A stretch of DNA of 64,000 nucleotides from an uncultured Gemmatimonadales bacterium (GCA_963779755.1 CAVZZO010000001.1:1856001-1920000); one strand, 5' to 3'. Shown: positions 1-20,104, counted from the first letter of the stretch. The notes: generated by a model not told the origin, from the sequence alone. Numbers and translations are program-made.

Positions 1-131
1 GCGGGGCGCCCGTCGGCTGGCTCTCGGTCAACACCGAGCAGGCCAGCGGCCGCTATACCGAACGGCCCGCCCGCGAGGCCATCCCGATCAACGCCCAGGA
101 GCAGCTCATCGTCGAGCTGTACTCGAAGTGA
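1..131 (+). CDS. rpsD: 30S ribosomal protein S4, C-terminal fragment (runs off window start)
   Basis: Frame from nt 3 reads GAPVGWLSVNTEQASGRYTERPAREAIPINAQEQLIVELYSK*, the typical S4 C-terminus, directly before rpoA. Confidence 0.93.
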   Translation, partial: GAPVGWLSVNTEQASGRYTERPAREAIPINAQEQLIVELYSK

Positions 132-133
132 CC

Positions 134-1198
134 ATGAGCATTGACCTGACAGGACTGGTACGCCCCCACCTGGTCGAAATGACCAAGCGGGACGACAACC
201 CCAACTTTGCCGAGTTCCGGCTGCAACCGCTGGAGCGCGGCTTCGGTTACACCCTGGGGAACTCTCTGCGCCGCCTGCTGCTGTCGAGCCTGCGGGGCAG
301 CGCGGTCTGGGCCTTCCGCCTCGACGGCGTGGTGCACGAGCACCAGACGGTGCCCGGCGTGCTGGAAGACGTGCACCAGATCATCCAGCGGCTGAAGGCG
401 CTGACCCTGGTGCTGGACGAAGACGCCGATGAAGCGGTGCTGCGCATCAAGCGCGACTCCGCCGGCCCGGTCTACGCCCGGGACATCCAGCCCCATGCCT
501 CGGTCACGATCGTCAACCCCGATCACCTCCTGTTTACGGTGCAGGACGACCGGGAAATCAACGGCGAACTGTACATCAACAAGGGCCGCGGGTATGTCGA
601 GGGCGAGCTGCACCAGATCGACCGGTCGCTGCCGGTCGACCTCGTGCGCATCGATGCCATCTACAATCCGGTGCACCGCGCCAACTTCACCGTGGCCGAA
701 ACCCGCGTCGGCCAGCGGACCGACTACGACCGGCTGACGCTCGCGGTCGAGACCAACGGCACCCTTTCGCCCGAGGACGCGCTGGCCTACGCCGCGGCGC
801 TGGCCCAGGAGCACTTCCGCTACTTCGTGGAGTTCGGGCGCGTGCCCATGGCGCGGCCCGAGGCCCAGGGCGACGGCGCCTCCGCCGATGCCGGCGCGCT
901 GCGCGAGCGGCTGGCCCGGCCCATCGACGACTTCGGTCTATCGGTCCGCTCGCTCAATTCGCTCAAGAACAGCAACATCCGGACGCTGGGCGACCTGGTC
1001 CAGTTCACCGAAGACGATCTGCTCAAGGTCAAGAACGTGGGCGAGAAGGCGCTGAGCGAGATCGCCGACCTGCTGCGGGGTGAGGGCCTGAAGTTCGGCA
1101 TGAGCTTCGAGGAACGCGACGGCGAGCTGCGCATCACCAACCCCGGCACCGAGCCGGCCGCTCCAGCGGCCCCGGCCGACGGCGGCGAGGAGGGCTGA
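134..1198 (+). CDS. rpoA: RNA polymerase alpha subunit
   Basis: [32 protein letters not shown] and alpha-[13 protein letters not shown] motifs; ATG 134 chosen over GTG 128. Confidence 0.98.
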   Translation: MSIDLTGLVRPHLVEMTKRDDNPNFAEFRLQPLERGFGYTLGNSLRRLLLSSLRGSAVWAFRLDGVVHEHQTVPGVLEDVHQIIQRLKALTLVLDEDADEAVLRIKRDSAGPVYARDIQPHASVTIVNPDHLLFTVQDDREINGELYINKGRGYVEGELHQIDRSLPVDLVRIDAIYNPVHRANFTVAETRVGQRTDYDRLTLAVETNGTLSPEDALAYAAALAQEHFRYFVEFGRVPMARPEAQGDGASADAGALRERLARPIDDFGLSVRSLNSLKNSNIRTLGDLVQFTEDDLLKVKNVGEKALSEIADLLRGEGLKFGMSFEERDGELRITNPGTEPAAPAAPADGGEEG

Positions 1199-1554
1199 TG
1201 CGGCACAACGCCAAGGGACGGCAGCTCTCCCGCACCGCCAGCCACCGGCGGGCCATGCTGAACAACATGGTCACCAGCCTCTTCGCGCACGAACGGGTGG
1301 TCACCACCCAGGCCAAGGCCAAGGAGCTGCGGCCCTTTGCCGAGAAGCTCATCACCCTGGCCCGGCGCGGCGATCTGCACAGCCGCCGCCTGGTCGAGCG
1401 GCGCATCAAGGATCGCGCGGTGCTGAGCCGCCTCTTCGCCGAAATCGGGCCCCGGTTCGCTGCCCGGCCCGGCGGCTACACCCGCATCCTCAAACTCGGC
1501 CACCGGCCCGGCGACGGCGCCGATGTCGCGCGGATTGAGCTGCTTCCGGAGTGA
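1198..1554 (+). CDS. rplQ: 50S ribosomal protein L17
   Basis: MRH...[24 protein letters not shown]; follows rpoA with TGATG overlap. Confidence 0.98.
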   Translation: MRHNAKGRQLSRTASHRRAMLNNMVTSLFAHERVVTTQAKAKELRPFAEKLITLARRGDLHSRRLVERRIKDRAVLSRLFAEIGPRFAARPGGYTRILKLGHRPGDGADVARIELLPE

Positions 1555-1612
1555 ATCGGCCGGCCCCGGCGCCGCCGCCGGTGCGCCGGGCATTCCGGTG
1601 GCCGGCAACAGC

Positions 1613-1642
1613 AAAGGGGGACCCGAGGGTCCCCCTTTTTTC
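1613..1642. terminator. Bidirectional intrinsic terminator between convergent rplQ and rpmB
   Basis: AAAGGGGGACCC-GA-GGGTCCCCCTTTTTTT: GC stem with A tract 5' and T tract 3'. Confidence 0.85.
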
Positions 1643-1669
1643 ATGCCCGCCGGCCGGGAGGGCCGGACC

Positions 1670-1861
1670 TCAGACCGCCTTCGAAACCTTGTTACCCTTG
1701 ATGCAGCGGGTGCAGACCCGGGCGCGCCGGGGCTCGCCGTTCACCAGGATCCGCATGACCTGGAGATTGGGGTACCAGCGCCGCTTGGTCCGGTTGTTGG
1801 CGTGGCTGACATTATTGCCGGTGACCGGCCCCTTGCCGCACACGGCACAGGTGCGTGCCAT
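1670..1861 (-). CDS. rpmB: 50S ribosomal protein L28 (Zn-binding CxxC...CxxC form)
   Basis: [34 protein letters not shown]...VCTRCIK. Confidence 0.97.
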   Translation of the reverse strand: MARTCAVCGKGPVTGNNVSHANNRTKRRWYPNLQVMRILVNGEPRRARVCTRCIKGNKVSKAV

Positions 1862-1913
1862 AGCTTCCGTCCTTGGGTAAAGCATCGTCCAGAGGTTCGT
1901 CTACAGACCCGCA

Positions 1914-7191
<5,278 letters not shown>

Positions 7192-7199
<8 letters not shown>

Positions 7200-7761
7200 T
7201 TACTTCGCTCACGAATCGAGCTATATCGACGAGGGCGCCGTCATCGGTGCCGGCACGAAGATCTGGCACTTCTGCCACGTCATGGCCGGGGCGATGATCG
7301 GGGAGCGCTGCAACCTGGGCCAGAATGTGGTGGTGATGCCCGGCACCCGGATCGGGAACAACGTCAAGATCCAGAACAACGTCTCGATCTATCAGGGCGT
7401 CGAACTGGCCGACGACGTCTTCTGCGGCCCCAGCTGCGTCTTCACCAACGTGGTCAATCCCCGCAGCCAGGTTTCCCGGAAAGACGAATACCGGTCCACC
7501 CGGGTGGGGCAGGGGGCCAGCATCGGGGCCAACGCGACCATCGTCTGCGGCGTCACCCTGGGCGAGTACGCGTTCATCGGTGCCGGCGCCGTGGTCACCC
7601 GCGATGTGCCGCCCTACGCCCTCATGACCGGTGTGCCTGCGCGCCGGACCGGCTGGATGTGTCGCTGCGGTGTGCGGCTCGGGGTGGAGCAGGGGCGCGC
7701 GGTCTGCGGCGCCTGCGGCAGGGCCTTCCAGGAGACGGACCGGGGCCTCCAACCTCGTTGA
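7192..7761 (+). CDS. Hexapeptide-repeat N-acetyltransferase, WbpD/WlbB-like
   Basis: [40 protein letters not shown]-terminal CRCG...CGACG. Confidence 0.88.
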
Positions 7762-7786
7762 TTCCTCCTCCGGGGCAGGGTACCTT
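7758..7786 (+). promoter_or_regulatory. Candidate sigma70 promoter for the aminotransferase gene
   Basis: TTGATT-N17-TACCTT. Confidence 0.5.
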
Positions 7787-7852
7787 TCGCGGCTGTATCC
7801 GGGGCGCGCCACCTGGTCCTAAGTCGTTTCCATTTCGCCGGTTCGAGGTCGT

Positions 7853-8968
7853 GTGAACGTTCCGTTGCTGGACCTGGTTGCCCAGTACCGGCAGATCCAG
7901 GACGAAGTTCTGCCGGCCCTCATGGCGGTGATCGAACGGCAGGGGTTCATCATGGGCCCGGAGGTCGGCCGGTTGGAGGAGGAAATCGCCCGCCTCTCCG
8001 AGGCGCGCCATGGCATCGCCTGTGCCAGCGGGACCGACGCGCTGCTGCTCTCCCTCCGGGCCCTGGACCTCCAGCCGGGCGACGAGGTCATCACGCCGTC
8101 CTTTACCTTTTTCGCCACCGCGGGCGCCATCCACAACGCCGGCGGCACGCCGGTCTTCGTGGATATCGACGCGGATACCTTCAACGTGTCGCCGGAGGCG
8201 GTCGAAGCCGCCATCACGCCGCGCACCCGCGCCATCGTGGTGGTGCATCTCTTCGGGCAGATGGCCGCCATGGAACGAATCCTCCCGCTGGCCGGGCGGC
8301 ACGGGTTGCCGGTCATCGAGGACGCCGCGCAGGCGATCGGGGCCCGGCGCAAGATGGACGGTGCCTGGCGGATCGCCTGCAGCCTGGGCTGGACGGGGAC
8401 CCTGTCGTTCTTCCCCAGCAAGAATCTGGGCGCCTGGGGTGATGCCGGGATGATTCTCACCCAGGAGGGCGAACTGGCCGAACGGCTCCGCCGCCTGCGG
8501 CTGCATGGCGGCGCCCGCGAGTACTATCACGACGAGGTGGGCTTCAACAGCCGGCTGGATACGCTGCAGGCGGCGGTGCTGCTGGCCAAGCTGCCGCACC
8601 TCGCCGCCTGGAGCTCGGCCCGGCGGGAGCGTGCGGCACGCTATACCGAGGCCTTCCGCGACCACCCGCGCGTGCGGCCCCCGGTCACCGACCCGGCCAA
8701 CGAGCACATCTTCCACCAGTACACCCTGCGGGTGCCGGAGCGCGACCGCCTGGTGGAGCACCTGCGAGCCCGGGGGATCGGGTGCAAGGTGTACTACCCG
8801 CTGCCCTTGCATCTGCAGCCCTGTTTTGACGGTCTGGGTGCCGGCGCGGGCAGCCTGCCGGCCACCGAGACGGTCATGCACGAGGTGGTTTCCCTGCCCA
8901 TCTATCCCGAGCTGCAGGACGCACAGCAGGACGCCGTGATCGGGGCGGTGAGGGACTTCTACGCCTGA
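7853..8968 (+). CDS. DegT/DnrJ/EryC1/StrS PLP aminotransferase, WbpE-like
   Basis: ASGTDAL, TFFATA, VIEDAAQAIGA, SFFPSKNLG (PLP lysine), NSRLDTLQAA. Confidence 0.92.
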   Translation: MNVPLLDLVAQYRQIQDEVLPALMAVIERQGFIMGPEVGRLEEEIARLSEARHGIACASGTDALLLSLRALDLQPGDEVITPSFTFFATAGAIHNAGGTPVFVDIDADTFNVSPEAVEAAITPRTRAIVVVHLFGQMAAMERILPLAGRHGLPVIEDAAQAIGARRKMDGAWRIACSLGWTGTLSFFPSKNLGAWGDAGMILTQEGELAERLRRLRLHGGAREYYHDEVGFNSRLDTLQAAVLLAKLPHLAAWSSARRERAARYTEAFRDHPRVRPPVTDPANEHIFHQYTLRVPERDRLVEHLRARGIGCKVYYPLPLHLQPCFDGLGAGAGSLPATETVMHEVVSLPIYPELQDAQQDAVIGAVRDFYA

Positions 8969-9074
8969 GTCGGCCCTGTGGCACGGGAACGACGGATGGC
9001 GCGCACCAGGCGCGGGCCGATTCACTAAGCCCCTGCCGGACAACGCCTTGAGCCGGTCGAAGCCGACTCGCTCG

Positions 9075-9090
9075 TGGCGCTCTTCTTGCT
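9075..9090 (+). promoter_or_regulatory. Candidate sigma54 (-24/-12) promoter
   Basis: TGGCGCTCTTCTTGCT = GG-N10-GC with TTGC, about 60 nt upstream of ATG 9149. Confidence 0.55.
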
Positions 9091-9148
9091 CCGCCTCCCC
9101 ACACCCGCCGCGCGGCGGGCCGGGGGATCATGAACAGCCTGAGGACGT

Positions 9149-10432
9149 ATGACCACTGCGCAGGAACTCATCGCGAAAGCCGAGCGGCGTGAAGCCCTGT
9201 TCGGCGTGATCGGCCTGGGGTACGTCGGGCTTCCCCTGGCCGTGGAGATGGCCAAGGCCGGCTACCATGTGCTGGGCTATGATATCAGCCAGCGGGTGGT
9301 GGACGGACTGAACCAGGGCCGTTCCCACGTGAAGGACATTTCCAACGCGGAGCTTGCCGCAGTGGTCAAGTCCGGCCGCTTCACGGCCACCACCGACGCG
9401 AGTCGCCTGGCGGAGCCGGACGCGATTTCCATCTGCGTGCCGACACCGCTGTCCAAGTTCAAGGACCCGGACGTCAGCTACATCAAGGCGGCCACCGATG
9501 CGGTGCAGCGCACGCTGCGCCCCGGACAGGCCATCATTCTGGAGAGTACCACCTATCCGGGAACGACCCGGGAGATCATGCTGCCGGCGCTGGAAAGCAC
9601 CGGCCTCAAGGTGGGGACCGATTTCTTTCTGGCGTTCAGCCCCGAGCGGGTGGACCCGGGTAATCCGACGTTCCAGACGCGGAACACCCCCAAGGTGGTG
9701 GGCGGCATTACCGAGGAATGCCGCACGGTGGCCGTGGCGCTGTATCAGCCGGCCATCGATACGCTGGTCCCGGTGAGCACCACCGAGGCGGCCGAACTGG
9801 TGAAGCTGCTGGAGAACACGTTCCGCAGCGTGAATATCGGCCTGGTCAACGAGATGGCCATCGTCTGCGACAAGCTGGGCGTGGACGTGTGGGAGGTGAT
9901 CGAAGCGGCGGCCACCAAGCCGTTCGGCTTCATGAAATTCCTGCCCGGGCCCGGTCTGGGCGGCCACTGCATTCCGATCGATCCGCACTACCTCGCCTGG
10001 AAGATGCGCGGGCTCAACTACAAGACCCGGTTCATCGATCTGGCTGGCGAGCTGAACACCGAGATGCCGGTCTTCTGGGTTCGCAAGGTAGCGGACGCGC
10101 TGAACGAGCAGTCGCGGGCGGTACGCGGCAGCGTCGTGCTGGTCCTGGGGGTCGCCTACAAGCGCGACATCGACGACCTGCGCGAGAGCCCGGCGCTGGA
10201 CATCATCCGGCTGCTGGAGCAGCAGGGGGCGAAGGTGAGCTACCACGATCCCCACGTGGCCACCTTCACCGAGGACGGCCACGAGATGCGCTCGGTGCCG
10301 CTCACGCCCGAGACGGTCGCCGCCGCCGACGCCATCATCATCGTGACCGACCACTCCAGCGTGGATTACGGCATGGTCAAGCGGCACGCGCGCCGGGTGG
10401 TCGATACCCGTCACGTGCTTCCCCGGGACTGA
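9149..10432 (+). CDS. Nucleotide-sugar dehydrogenase, WbpA-like UDP-GlcNAc 6-dehydrogenase
   Basis: GLGYVGLPLA, ESTTYPGTT, FSPERVDPG, KLLENTFR, PGPGLGGHCIPIDP. Confidence 0.9.
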   Translation: MTTAQELIAKAERREALFGVIGLGYVGLPLAVEMAKAGYHVLGYDISQRVVDGLNQGRSHVKDISNAELAAVVKSGRFTATTDASRLAEPDAISICVPTPLSKFKDPDVSYIKAATDAVQRTLRPGQAIILESTTYPGTTREIMLPALESTGLKVGTDFFLAFSPERVDPGNPTFQTRNTPKVVGGITEECRTVAVALYQPAIDTLVPVSTTEAAELVKLLENTFRSVNIGLVNEMAIVCDKLGVDVWEVIEAAATKPFGFMKFLPGPGLGGHCIPIDPHYLAWKMRGLNYKTRFIDLAGELNTEMPVFWVRKVADALNEQSRAVRGSVVLVLGVAYKRDIDDLRESPALDIIRLLEQQGAKVSYHDPHVATFTEDGHEMRSVPLTPETVAAADAIIIVTDHSSVDYGMVKRHARRVVDTRHVLPRD

Positions 10433-10435
10433 GCC

Positions 10436-11743
10436 ATGCATGTCGCGGTGATCGGAAGCGGGTACGTCGGCCTGGTGGCGGGCGCCTGCCTGGCGGAAAC
10501 CGGCAACAACGTGGTCTGTGCCGATACCAACGCGGAGAAGGTCCGGCGCCTGCAGCAGAACGAGGTCCCCATCTACGAACCGGGCCTGGAGCCGATGATC
10601 CGGCGCAACCAGGCGGAGGGGCGCCTGGCGTTCACCACCGACGTGGGCGGCGCGGTCGAGGCCTCGCGGGTGGTGTTCATTGCGGTAGGCACGCCGGAGG
10701 GCGAGGACGGCTCGGCCGACCTGCAGCACGTGCTGGCGGTGGCCCGGACCATCGGGCGCCACATGAACGCCTCCAAGGTGGTGATCACCAAGTCGACCGT
10801 CCCGGTAGGCACGGCGGAGAAGGTGCGCGCCGCCATCCGGGCCGAAACCGATGTGCCCTTCTCCGTCTGCTCCAATCCGGAGTTCCTGAAGGAGGGCGCC
10901 GCCATCGACGACTTCATGAAGCCCGACCGGGTGGTGGTGGGGGTGGATAACGAAGACGCCCGGCAGGTGCTGGATGAGCTGTACTCGCCCTTCGTCCGGA
11001 CGGGAAACCCGATTCTCTTCATGGACATCCCGTCGGCCGAGGTCACCAAGTACGCCGCCAACGCCATGCTCGCCACGCGGATCTCGTTCATGAACCAGAT
11101 CGCTGCCTTCTGCGAGCTGGTGGGCGCCGATGTCTCCAAGGTGCGGCAGGGCGTGGGCAGCGACCGGCGGATCGGGCCCGCCTTTCTCTTCCCGGGGCCG
11201 GGGTACGGCGGCTCCTGTTTTCCCAAGGACGTGAAGGCGCTGATCCGCTCCGCCGAGGAGCACGGGCTTCAGTTCGACCTGCTCGAGGCGGTCGAAGAGG
11301 TCAACCGGCGGCAGAAGCTGCTGCTGCTGGACAAGACCCGCCGGGCGCTGGGCGGCTCCCTGGCGGGCCGGACCGTCGCCGTCTGGGGGCTGGCCTTCAA
11401 GTCGGAAACCGACGACATGCGCGAGAGCCCGGCCATTCCTCTGATCCAGGGCCTGGTGGAGGAAGGCGCCCGGGTCCGGGCGCACGATCCCAAGGCGCTG
11501 GAGACCGCCCGTATCGTCTTCGGCGACGCCATCGAATATGTCGCCGACCCCTACGACGCGGTGGACGGGGCCGAGGCGCTGGTGATTGTCACCGAGTGGC
11601 TGCTCTACCGCAACCCGGATTTCCCGAAGCTGAGGCAGCGGCTGGCCAATCCGCTGGTGCTCGACGGCCGCAACCTCTACGAGCCGGCCCGCATGCAGTC
11701 CATGGGCTTTACCTATCACGGTATCGGGCGGAGGCAGCCGTGA
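10436..11743 (+). CDS. ugd: UDP-glucose 6-dehydrogenase
   Basis: [34 protein letters not shown]. Confidence 0.93.
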   Translation: MHVAVIGSGYVGLVAGACLAETGNNVVCADTNAEKVRRLQQNEVPIYEPGLEPMIRRNQAEGRLAFTTDVGGAVEASRVVFIAVGTPEGEDGSADLQHVLAVARTIGRHMNASKVVITKSTVPVGTAEKVRAAIRAETDVPFSVCSNPEFLKEGAAIDDFMKPDRVVVGVDNEDARQVLDELYSPFVRTGNPILFMDIPSAEVTKYAANAMLATRISFMNQIAAFCELVGADVSKVRQGVGSDRRIGPAFLFPGPGYGGSCFPKDVKALIRSAEEHGLQFDLLEAVEEVNRRQKLLLLDKTRRALGGSLAGRTVAVWGLAFKSETDDMRESPAIPLIQGLVEEGARVRAHDPKALETARIVFGDAIEYVADPYDAVDGAEALVIVTEWLLYRNPDFPKLRQRLANPLVLDGRNLYEPARMQSMGFTYHGIGRRQP

Positions 11744-12675
11744 GGATTCTCATCACCGGGGCGGCGGGCTTTCTGGGCTCGCACCTGTCCGACCGGCTGC
11801 TGGCCGATGGGCACGAAGTGATCGGGATGGACAACCTGGTCACCGGGTCGCCCGACAACATTGCCCACCTGATCGGCAACTCCAGGTTCCGTTTCATCCA
11901 GCACGACGTCACCAACTTCATCTACGTAGACGGGCCGCTGGACGGCATCCTTCACTTCGCCTCCCCCGCCAGCCCCCAGGATTACCTCGAGCTGCCTATC
12001 CAGACTCTCAAGGTAGGCTCGCTGGGCACCCACAAGGCGCTGGGGCTGGCCAAGGCCAAGGGTGCCCGCCTGCTGCTGGCGTCCACCTCGGAGGTCTACG
12101 GCGACCCCCAGGTGCATCCCCAGCCCGAGACCTACTGGGGCCACGTGAACCCGGTGGGCCCGCGCGGTGTCTACGACGAAGCCAAGCGATTCGCCGAGGC
12201 CATCACCATGGCCTACCACCGTTTTCACAAGGTGGACACCCGCATCGTGCGGATCTTCAACACCTATGGCCCCCGGATGCGGGCCCGCGATGGCCGGGTG
12301 GTGTCGAATTTCGTGGTGCAGGCGCTGGGCGGCGAGCCGCTCACCATCTACGGCGACGGCTCCCAGACCCGCTCGTTCTGCTTCGTCTCCGATCTGGTGG
12401 ACGGGATCGTCCGTCTCTTCCACAGCAACGAGACCGATCCGGTCAATATCGGGAACCCCAACGAGTTCACCGTGCGGCAGCTGGCCGAGATGACCATCAA
12501 GCTGACGGGCTCCAGCTCCCGCATCGTGCAGCAGCCGCTGCCCACCGACGATCCCAAGGTGCGCAAGCCCGACATCACGCGCGCCCGGACGCTGCTGGGG
12601 TGGGATCCGGCCGTGTCCCTGGAGCAGGGGCTGCAGCGCACCATCGAGTACTTCCAGAAGATGCTGGGGTCGTGA
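11740..12675 (+). CDS. uxs: UDP-glucuronate decarboxylase (UDP-xylose synthase)
   Basis: [52 protein letters not shown] start. Confidence 0.9.
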   Translation: MRILITGAAGFLGSHLSDRLLADGHEVIGMDNLVTGSPDNIAHLIGNSRFRFIQHDVTNFIYVDGPLDGILHFASPASPQDYLELPIQTLKVGSLGTHKALGLAKAKGARLLLASTSEVYGDPQVHPQPETYWGHVNPVGPRGVYDEAKRFAEAITMAYHRFHKVDTRIVRIFNTYGPRMRARDGRVVSNFVVQALGGEPLTIYGDGSQTRSFCFVSDLVDGIVRLFHSNETDPVNIGNPNEFTVRQLAEMTIKLTGSSSRIVQQPLPTDDPKVRKPDITRARTLLGWDPAVSLEQGLQRTIEYFQKMLGS

Positions 12676-13637
12676 CGCGGGTCCTGCTCACCGGGGTCGC
12701 CGGGTTCATCGGGTCTCACCTGGCGGAAGCGCTGGTCCAGCGGGGAGATGAGGTCGTCGGGGTGGACAACTTCGACCCGTTCTATCCGCGGGACATCAAG
12801 GAGCGGAACCTGGCCGGTCTGGCCGGCCGCGCCGCCTTCCGGCTGCAGCAGCAGGATATCCTGGCGCCGGGGTTGGCCGGGCTGATGACGCCCGAAACGG
12901 TCGTGGTGCACCTCGCCGCCAAAGCCGGCGTCCGGCCCTCGCTGGAAGACCCGGCGGGCTATGCCCGGGTCAACCTGAGCGGCACCGCGGCGGTGCTGGC
13001 TGCGGCGCGGGAGGCCGGCGCCAGCCGCATCGTCTTCGGCAGCTCCTCGTCCGTCTACGGGGATGACACGCCGCCCCCCTTCCGGGAAGATGCGGCCGCC
13101 ATTCAGCCGGTCTCGCCCTACGCCGCCACCAAGCGGGGCGGGGAGTTGTTGCTGCGCGCCCTGGCCCCGATCGCCGGTTTTCGTTCCGCCGCCCTGCGGT
13201 TCTTTACCGTGTACGGTCCGCGGCAGCGTCCCGATCTGGCCATCCATGCCTTTTCCCGGCGGATGCTGGACGGCCGGACGATCACCCTGTTTGGCGACGG
13301 CAGCCAGTCGCGCGACTATACCTATTGCGACGACATCATTCGGGGAGTAATCTCGGCCATCGACTGGACCGGGAGCGCGCCGGCCGGCATGGAGATCTTC
13401 AACCTGGGCGGCAGCCACCCGGTGCCGCTGCGCGAGATGGTCGCTCAGCTGGCGGCCGCGCTGGGGGCGGAGCCGAAGATCGCCTGGGCGCCGATGCAGC
13501 CGGGCGACGTGCAGCACACCTTCGCCGATCTCACCCGCTCGGAAGCCGTGCTGGGTTACCGGCCCCGGGTCTCGTTCCCCGAAGGGGTGCGGCGCTTCGC
13601 CGCGTGGATCAAGGAGGAGCGTGGACGTCAGCGTTGA
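12672..13637 (+). CDS. NAD-dependent epimerase, UDP-glucuronate 4-epimerase-like
   Basis: [47 protein letters not shown]. Confidence 0.85.
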   Translation: MTRVLLTGVAGFIGSHLAEALVQRGDEVVGVDNFDPFYPRDIKERNLAGLAGRAAFRLQQQDILAPGLAGLMTPETVVVHLAAKAGVRPSLEDPAGYARVNLSGTAAVLAAAREAGASRIVFGSSSSVYGDDTPPPFREDAAAIQPVSPYAATKRGGELLLRALAPIAGFRSAALRFFTVYGPRQRPDLAIHAFSRRMLDGRTITLFGDGSQSRDYTYCDDIIRGVISAIDWTGSAPAGMEIFNLGGSHPVPLREMVAQLAAALGAEPKIAWAPMQPGDVQHTFADLTRSEAVLGYRPRVSFPEGVRRFAAWIKEERGRQR

Positions 13638-14328
13638 CCATCTGATTGCCCGGGCCCGGGAGCGTTTCGTGCTCCAGGACTACTACGGGGCCATACACCT
13701 GCTGGAGGATGTGGTCACCTCCGGCCGCGCCTTTGCCGACGTGCTGCACCTGCTGGGTCTCTCCTATGCGCTGGTGGAGCGGTCGGAGGAGGCCCTGTCC
13801 TGGTTCGACCAGGCGCTGGACCTGAACCCGCGCTACTTCGAGGCCCACGTGCACCGCGGCATCGTCCTGAACGAGCTGGGACGCCGCGCCGAGGCGGAGG
13901 CCGCCTTCCGCCAGGCCGCCACCGCGTCCCCCGCGCCGGTGGGCAAGCTGCCGGGGCATGTGGCGGCCCAGCTGGCCAACCAGCACGCCGCCCTGGGCAA
14001 CCAGTATGCGCAGGCCGGCGCCCTGGCAGAGGCCATCCGCGAATATGAGAAGGCCATCGGCCTGGGGCCCACCTTCGCCGACCTGCAGTACCGCCTGGCG
14101 CGGCTGCTGCTCGAGGCCGGGCGCACCCTGGAGGCGCGCGAGATCCTGGAACAGGTCGTCCGTGAGCGGCCGTCGTTCCACGACGCCCACGCGGCGCTGG
14201 GGCTGGCGCGCTATCTCTCGGGAGACGCCGCCGGTGCGACCGAGATCTGGACCGCCTGCCTGGCGCGGCGCCCCGGCCAGCCGCGGGTAGAAGCCTATCT
14301 CGCCATGATGGAGCGGGGCGAGGCGTGA
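13621..14328 (+). CDS. Tetratricopeptide-repeat protein
   Basis: TPR-like helices: ADVLHLLGLSY, ALDLNPRYFEAH, AIREYEKAIGLGPTFADL. Confidence 0.8.
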   Translation: MDVSVDHLIARARERFVLQDYYGAIHLLEDVVTSGRAFADVLHLLGLSYALVERSEEALSWFDQALDLNPRYFEAHVHRGIVLNELGRRAEAEAAFRQAATASPAPVGKLPGHVAAQLANQHAALGNQYAQAGALAEAIREYEKAIGLGPTFADLQYRLARLLLEAGRTLEAREILEQVVRERPSFHDAHAALGLARYLSGDAAGATEIWTACLARRPGQPRVEAYLAMMERGEA

Positions 14329-15209
14329 AGCCGCTGCTCCTCCTGCTGGTCCTGGCCGCCGCGTGCGTGTCCGCCGCCGCGGACCACGAGAAGCTGGGCG
14401 ATGCCGCGGCCGCGCAGGGTAACTTCGATGATGCCCTGCTGGAGTATCGCGCCGGGGTGCAGGCCAGCCCGCGTCCCCGGCTCTTCGCCAAGCTGGCCCA
14501 GGCGGCGCTTCGCACCCATGACTACCGGACGGCGGCCGACGGCTACCGTCGCCTGGCGGAGGAAGACCCTACCCGGGCGGGAGAGGCCGCGACCGGGCTG
14601 GACATGGTCGCCGAGGGGGCGGCACGCACCGGTGATGCGACCGCCCTGGAGTCGGCCGTGGTGGCGCTGCAGTCGCTGGCGCCCGACCGGCCGGTCGGGC
14701 GCCTGGCCCTGCCGCTGGTGCTGAAAGGGACCCTGGCGCCGGAACGGGAGCTGGCCCTGCTTCCCGATGCGCTGGCCGCGGCCGGCGACGGCGGCACGGT
14801 GGATTCGCTGCTCATCCTCTACGCCGGCGCCTACCGCCGCACCACGGCCTGCGAGGACGCGGTGCGGGTCTACGGAATTCTGGAGCGGCGGGCCGGATCG
14901 CTGCCCGATGCGGCAGTGCCGGGCTACGTGGCCTGCACCTTCCAGCTGGGGGCCGATGCCCAGGCGCTGGAGCAGCCGGAAAATGCCGAACGCTGGTATG
15001 CGCTGGCGCTGCGACTAGATTCGACCTCCACCCTGGGACGTCGCGCGCTGGTGGGGTACGCCGACGCCCGCGCCGCCCAGGGCGACACCGCCGCCGCCGT
15101 GCCCGCGCTCGAAGCCGCCGCCGGGGGTCAGGATTCTGTTGCCCAGCGCGCCCGCCGGCGGTTGCAGGCCCTGGGCGCACCCGTTTCCGGCGATTCGATC
15201 GCTCCCTGA
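14325..15209 (+). CDS. Putative TPR lipoprotein
   Basis: Signal MKPLLLLLVLAAAC (lipobox-like), Ala-rich TPR-like helices; coupled to neighbours by overlaps. Confidence 0.7.
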   Translation: MKPLLLLLVLAAACVSAAADHEKLGDAAAAQGNFDDALLEYRAGVQASPRPRLFAKLAQAALRTHDYRTAADGYRRLAEEDPTRAGEAATGLDMVAEGAARTGDATALESAVVALQSLAPDRPVGRLALPLVLKGTLAPERELALLPDALAAAGDGGTVDSLLILYAGAYRRTTACEDAVRVYGILERRAGSLPDAAVPGYVACTFQLGADAQALEQPENAERWYALALRLDSTSTLGRRALVGYADARAAQGDTAAAVPALEAAAGGQDSVAQRARRRLQALGAPVSGDSIAP

Positions 15210-15997
15210 TGACCAAGCATCTGACTCTTCTGGCCATTCCCGCCTGTCTCGTGCTGCTCGCCGCCTGCGGGCGGACGATCAATGCCCCGGCGGCCGGCCC
15301 GGCGCCTATCAGCCTGGGCGGTGACAGCCTCCAGGTGGACACGCTCTGGACCCAGGCCCGGCAGGCATACCGCGCCGGCAACTGGGACCGGGCTGCCACC
15401 CAGCTGGAGCGCCTGTTGCTGGAATACCCCGCCGGGGACCCGCGCATCGACGAGACGCATTTCCTGCTGGCGGAGTGTTACTTCGCGCAGAAGGATCATA
15501 TCCGCGCCGCCCGCGAGTTCCGCCGCGTCTCCGATGAGACGCCGAATTCGCCGCTGGCCCCGCTGGCGCTGGAACGGGCGGGCGATGTCTACGCCGATCT
15601 GTGGCGCCGGCCGGAGCTGGATCCGACCTATGCCCAGACGGCGCTGGCGACCTATCGTGAAGTACTGAACCGCTACCCCGGCACCGAGGCCGCCCGCCGT
15701 GCCACCGACCGCATTGGCGATCTGGACAACGAGTTCGCCCAGAAGGAACTGAAGAACGCCGAGTTCTACCTGCGGCTCAAGGCGTACGATTCCGCCATCA
15801 TCTACCTGAAAGACCTGGTGGCGACCTACCCCCGGGCGCGTGTCGCCCCCGACGCTCTCATCAAGCTGGTCCAGGCCTACCAGGCGCTGGGCTACGCGGA
15901 GGATGTGCAGGAAACCTGCGGCTACATCCGCCGCTTCCATCCCACCGCTCAGGGCGTGGGAGAGGTCTGCCCCGCGCCCGCCGACAGTACCTCCTAG
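15209..15997 (+). CDS. bamD: Outer membrane protein assembly factor BamD
   Basis: Lipobox LLAAC, TPRs, ELDPTYAQTA...LNRYP, KELKNAEFY. Confidence 0.8.
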   Translation: MTKHLTLLAIPACLVLLAACGRTINAPAAGPAPISLGGDSLQVDTLWTQARQAYRAGNWDRAATQLERLLLEYPAGDPRIDETHFLLAECYFAQKDHIRAAREFRRVSDETPNSPLAPLALERAGDVYADLWRRPELDPTYAQTALATYREVLNRYPGTEAARRATDRIGDLDNEFAQKELKNAEFYLRLKAYDSAIIYLKDLVATYPRARVAPDALIKLVQAYQALGYAEDVQETCGYIRRFHPTAQGVGEVCPAPADSTS

Positions 15998-15999
15998 GC

Positions 16000-16564
16000 A
16001 TGGTCGGGCTGTTCGGCGGAAGCTTCGACCCCATTCATCATGGCCATCTGATCGCCGCGCTCCGGCTGGTGGAAGAGCTGGAGCTGGAATCGCTACGGTT
16101 CCTCCCGGCACGGGAACAGCCCTTCAAGGCTGGCCGCCACGGCGCCCCGGCGCATCAGCGGGCGCGGATGGTCGAGCTGGCCATTGCCGGCGAGCCCCGG
16201 TTTGCCCTGGAGCGCTGCGAGCTGGAGCGTCCCGCCCCGTCCTACACCGTCGACACGCTGCGGCTGCTGCGGGAGCGGGAGCCGCAGCGGGAATTCACGC
16301 TGCTGGTGGGGGCGGATGCCGCCGCCGAGCTGGGCGCCTGGCGGGAAGCGGCGCAGCTGCCCTCCCTGGCCCGGATCGTGGTGTTTTCCCGGCCGGGCGT
16401 GCCGCCGCCGCCCTCCGGCCTGGTGAGCCGGGTGGCAACCGTCCCGGCCATCGAAATTTCCGCCACGGCCATCCGCCGCCGGGTGGCGGACGGGCGCTCG
16501 ATTCGCTATCTGGTGCCGGAGGTGGTGGCCGCCCACATCCGGCAGGAGGGGCTATATTTAAAGG

Positions 16565-16572
<8 letters not shown>
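16000..16572 (+). CDS. nadD: Nicotinate-nucleotide adenylyltransferase
   Basis: [26 protein letters not shown]. Confidence 0.95.
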
Positions 16573-19726
<3,154 letters not shown>

Positions 19727-20104
19727 GACGTTGCCGCTCCAGCCACCAGTAAAACTGCGCCGTGCATCGAAAGAGTCCGAGGCACGGCGCGCGCGTTATC
19801 GGGCAATGAAGAAAGATTCACGGCCGGTTTAGGGAACAGCCAGACTCGGATCACGGCGCATGATCGGCCGGTCCGGCGCGCTTCCGTCACGCGGAACGCT
19901 CCCCCCGCCGCACGGAACCTCCCGCCGGCCATGGTCTTAGCCCGCACACCGCCGTCGCGCGCGGCCGCCATGCCGTGGCTCCAGCGGGAGAATCTCCCCT
20001 CGCACATCCGCAGGATTACGGGGTTCCATGCCCGGAGCGGGCCGGATGGTTCCGCTTCCCCGTACATCCTACGTTCATCGCGTATTCACAAGCGATTACG
20101 CGAC

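Noticed and set aside
20073..20090. Full Rex operator upstream of hemA
   Set aside because: Only the right half (TTCACAA) matches; the left half does not match TTGTGAA, so it was not called as a feature.
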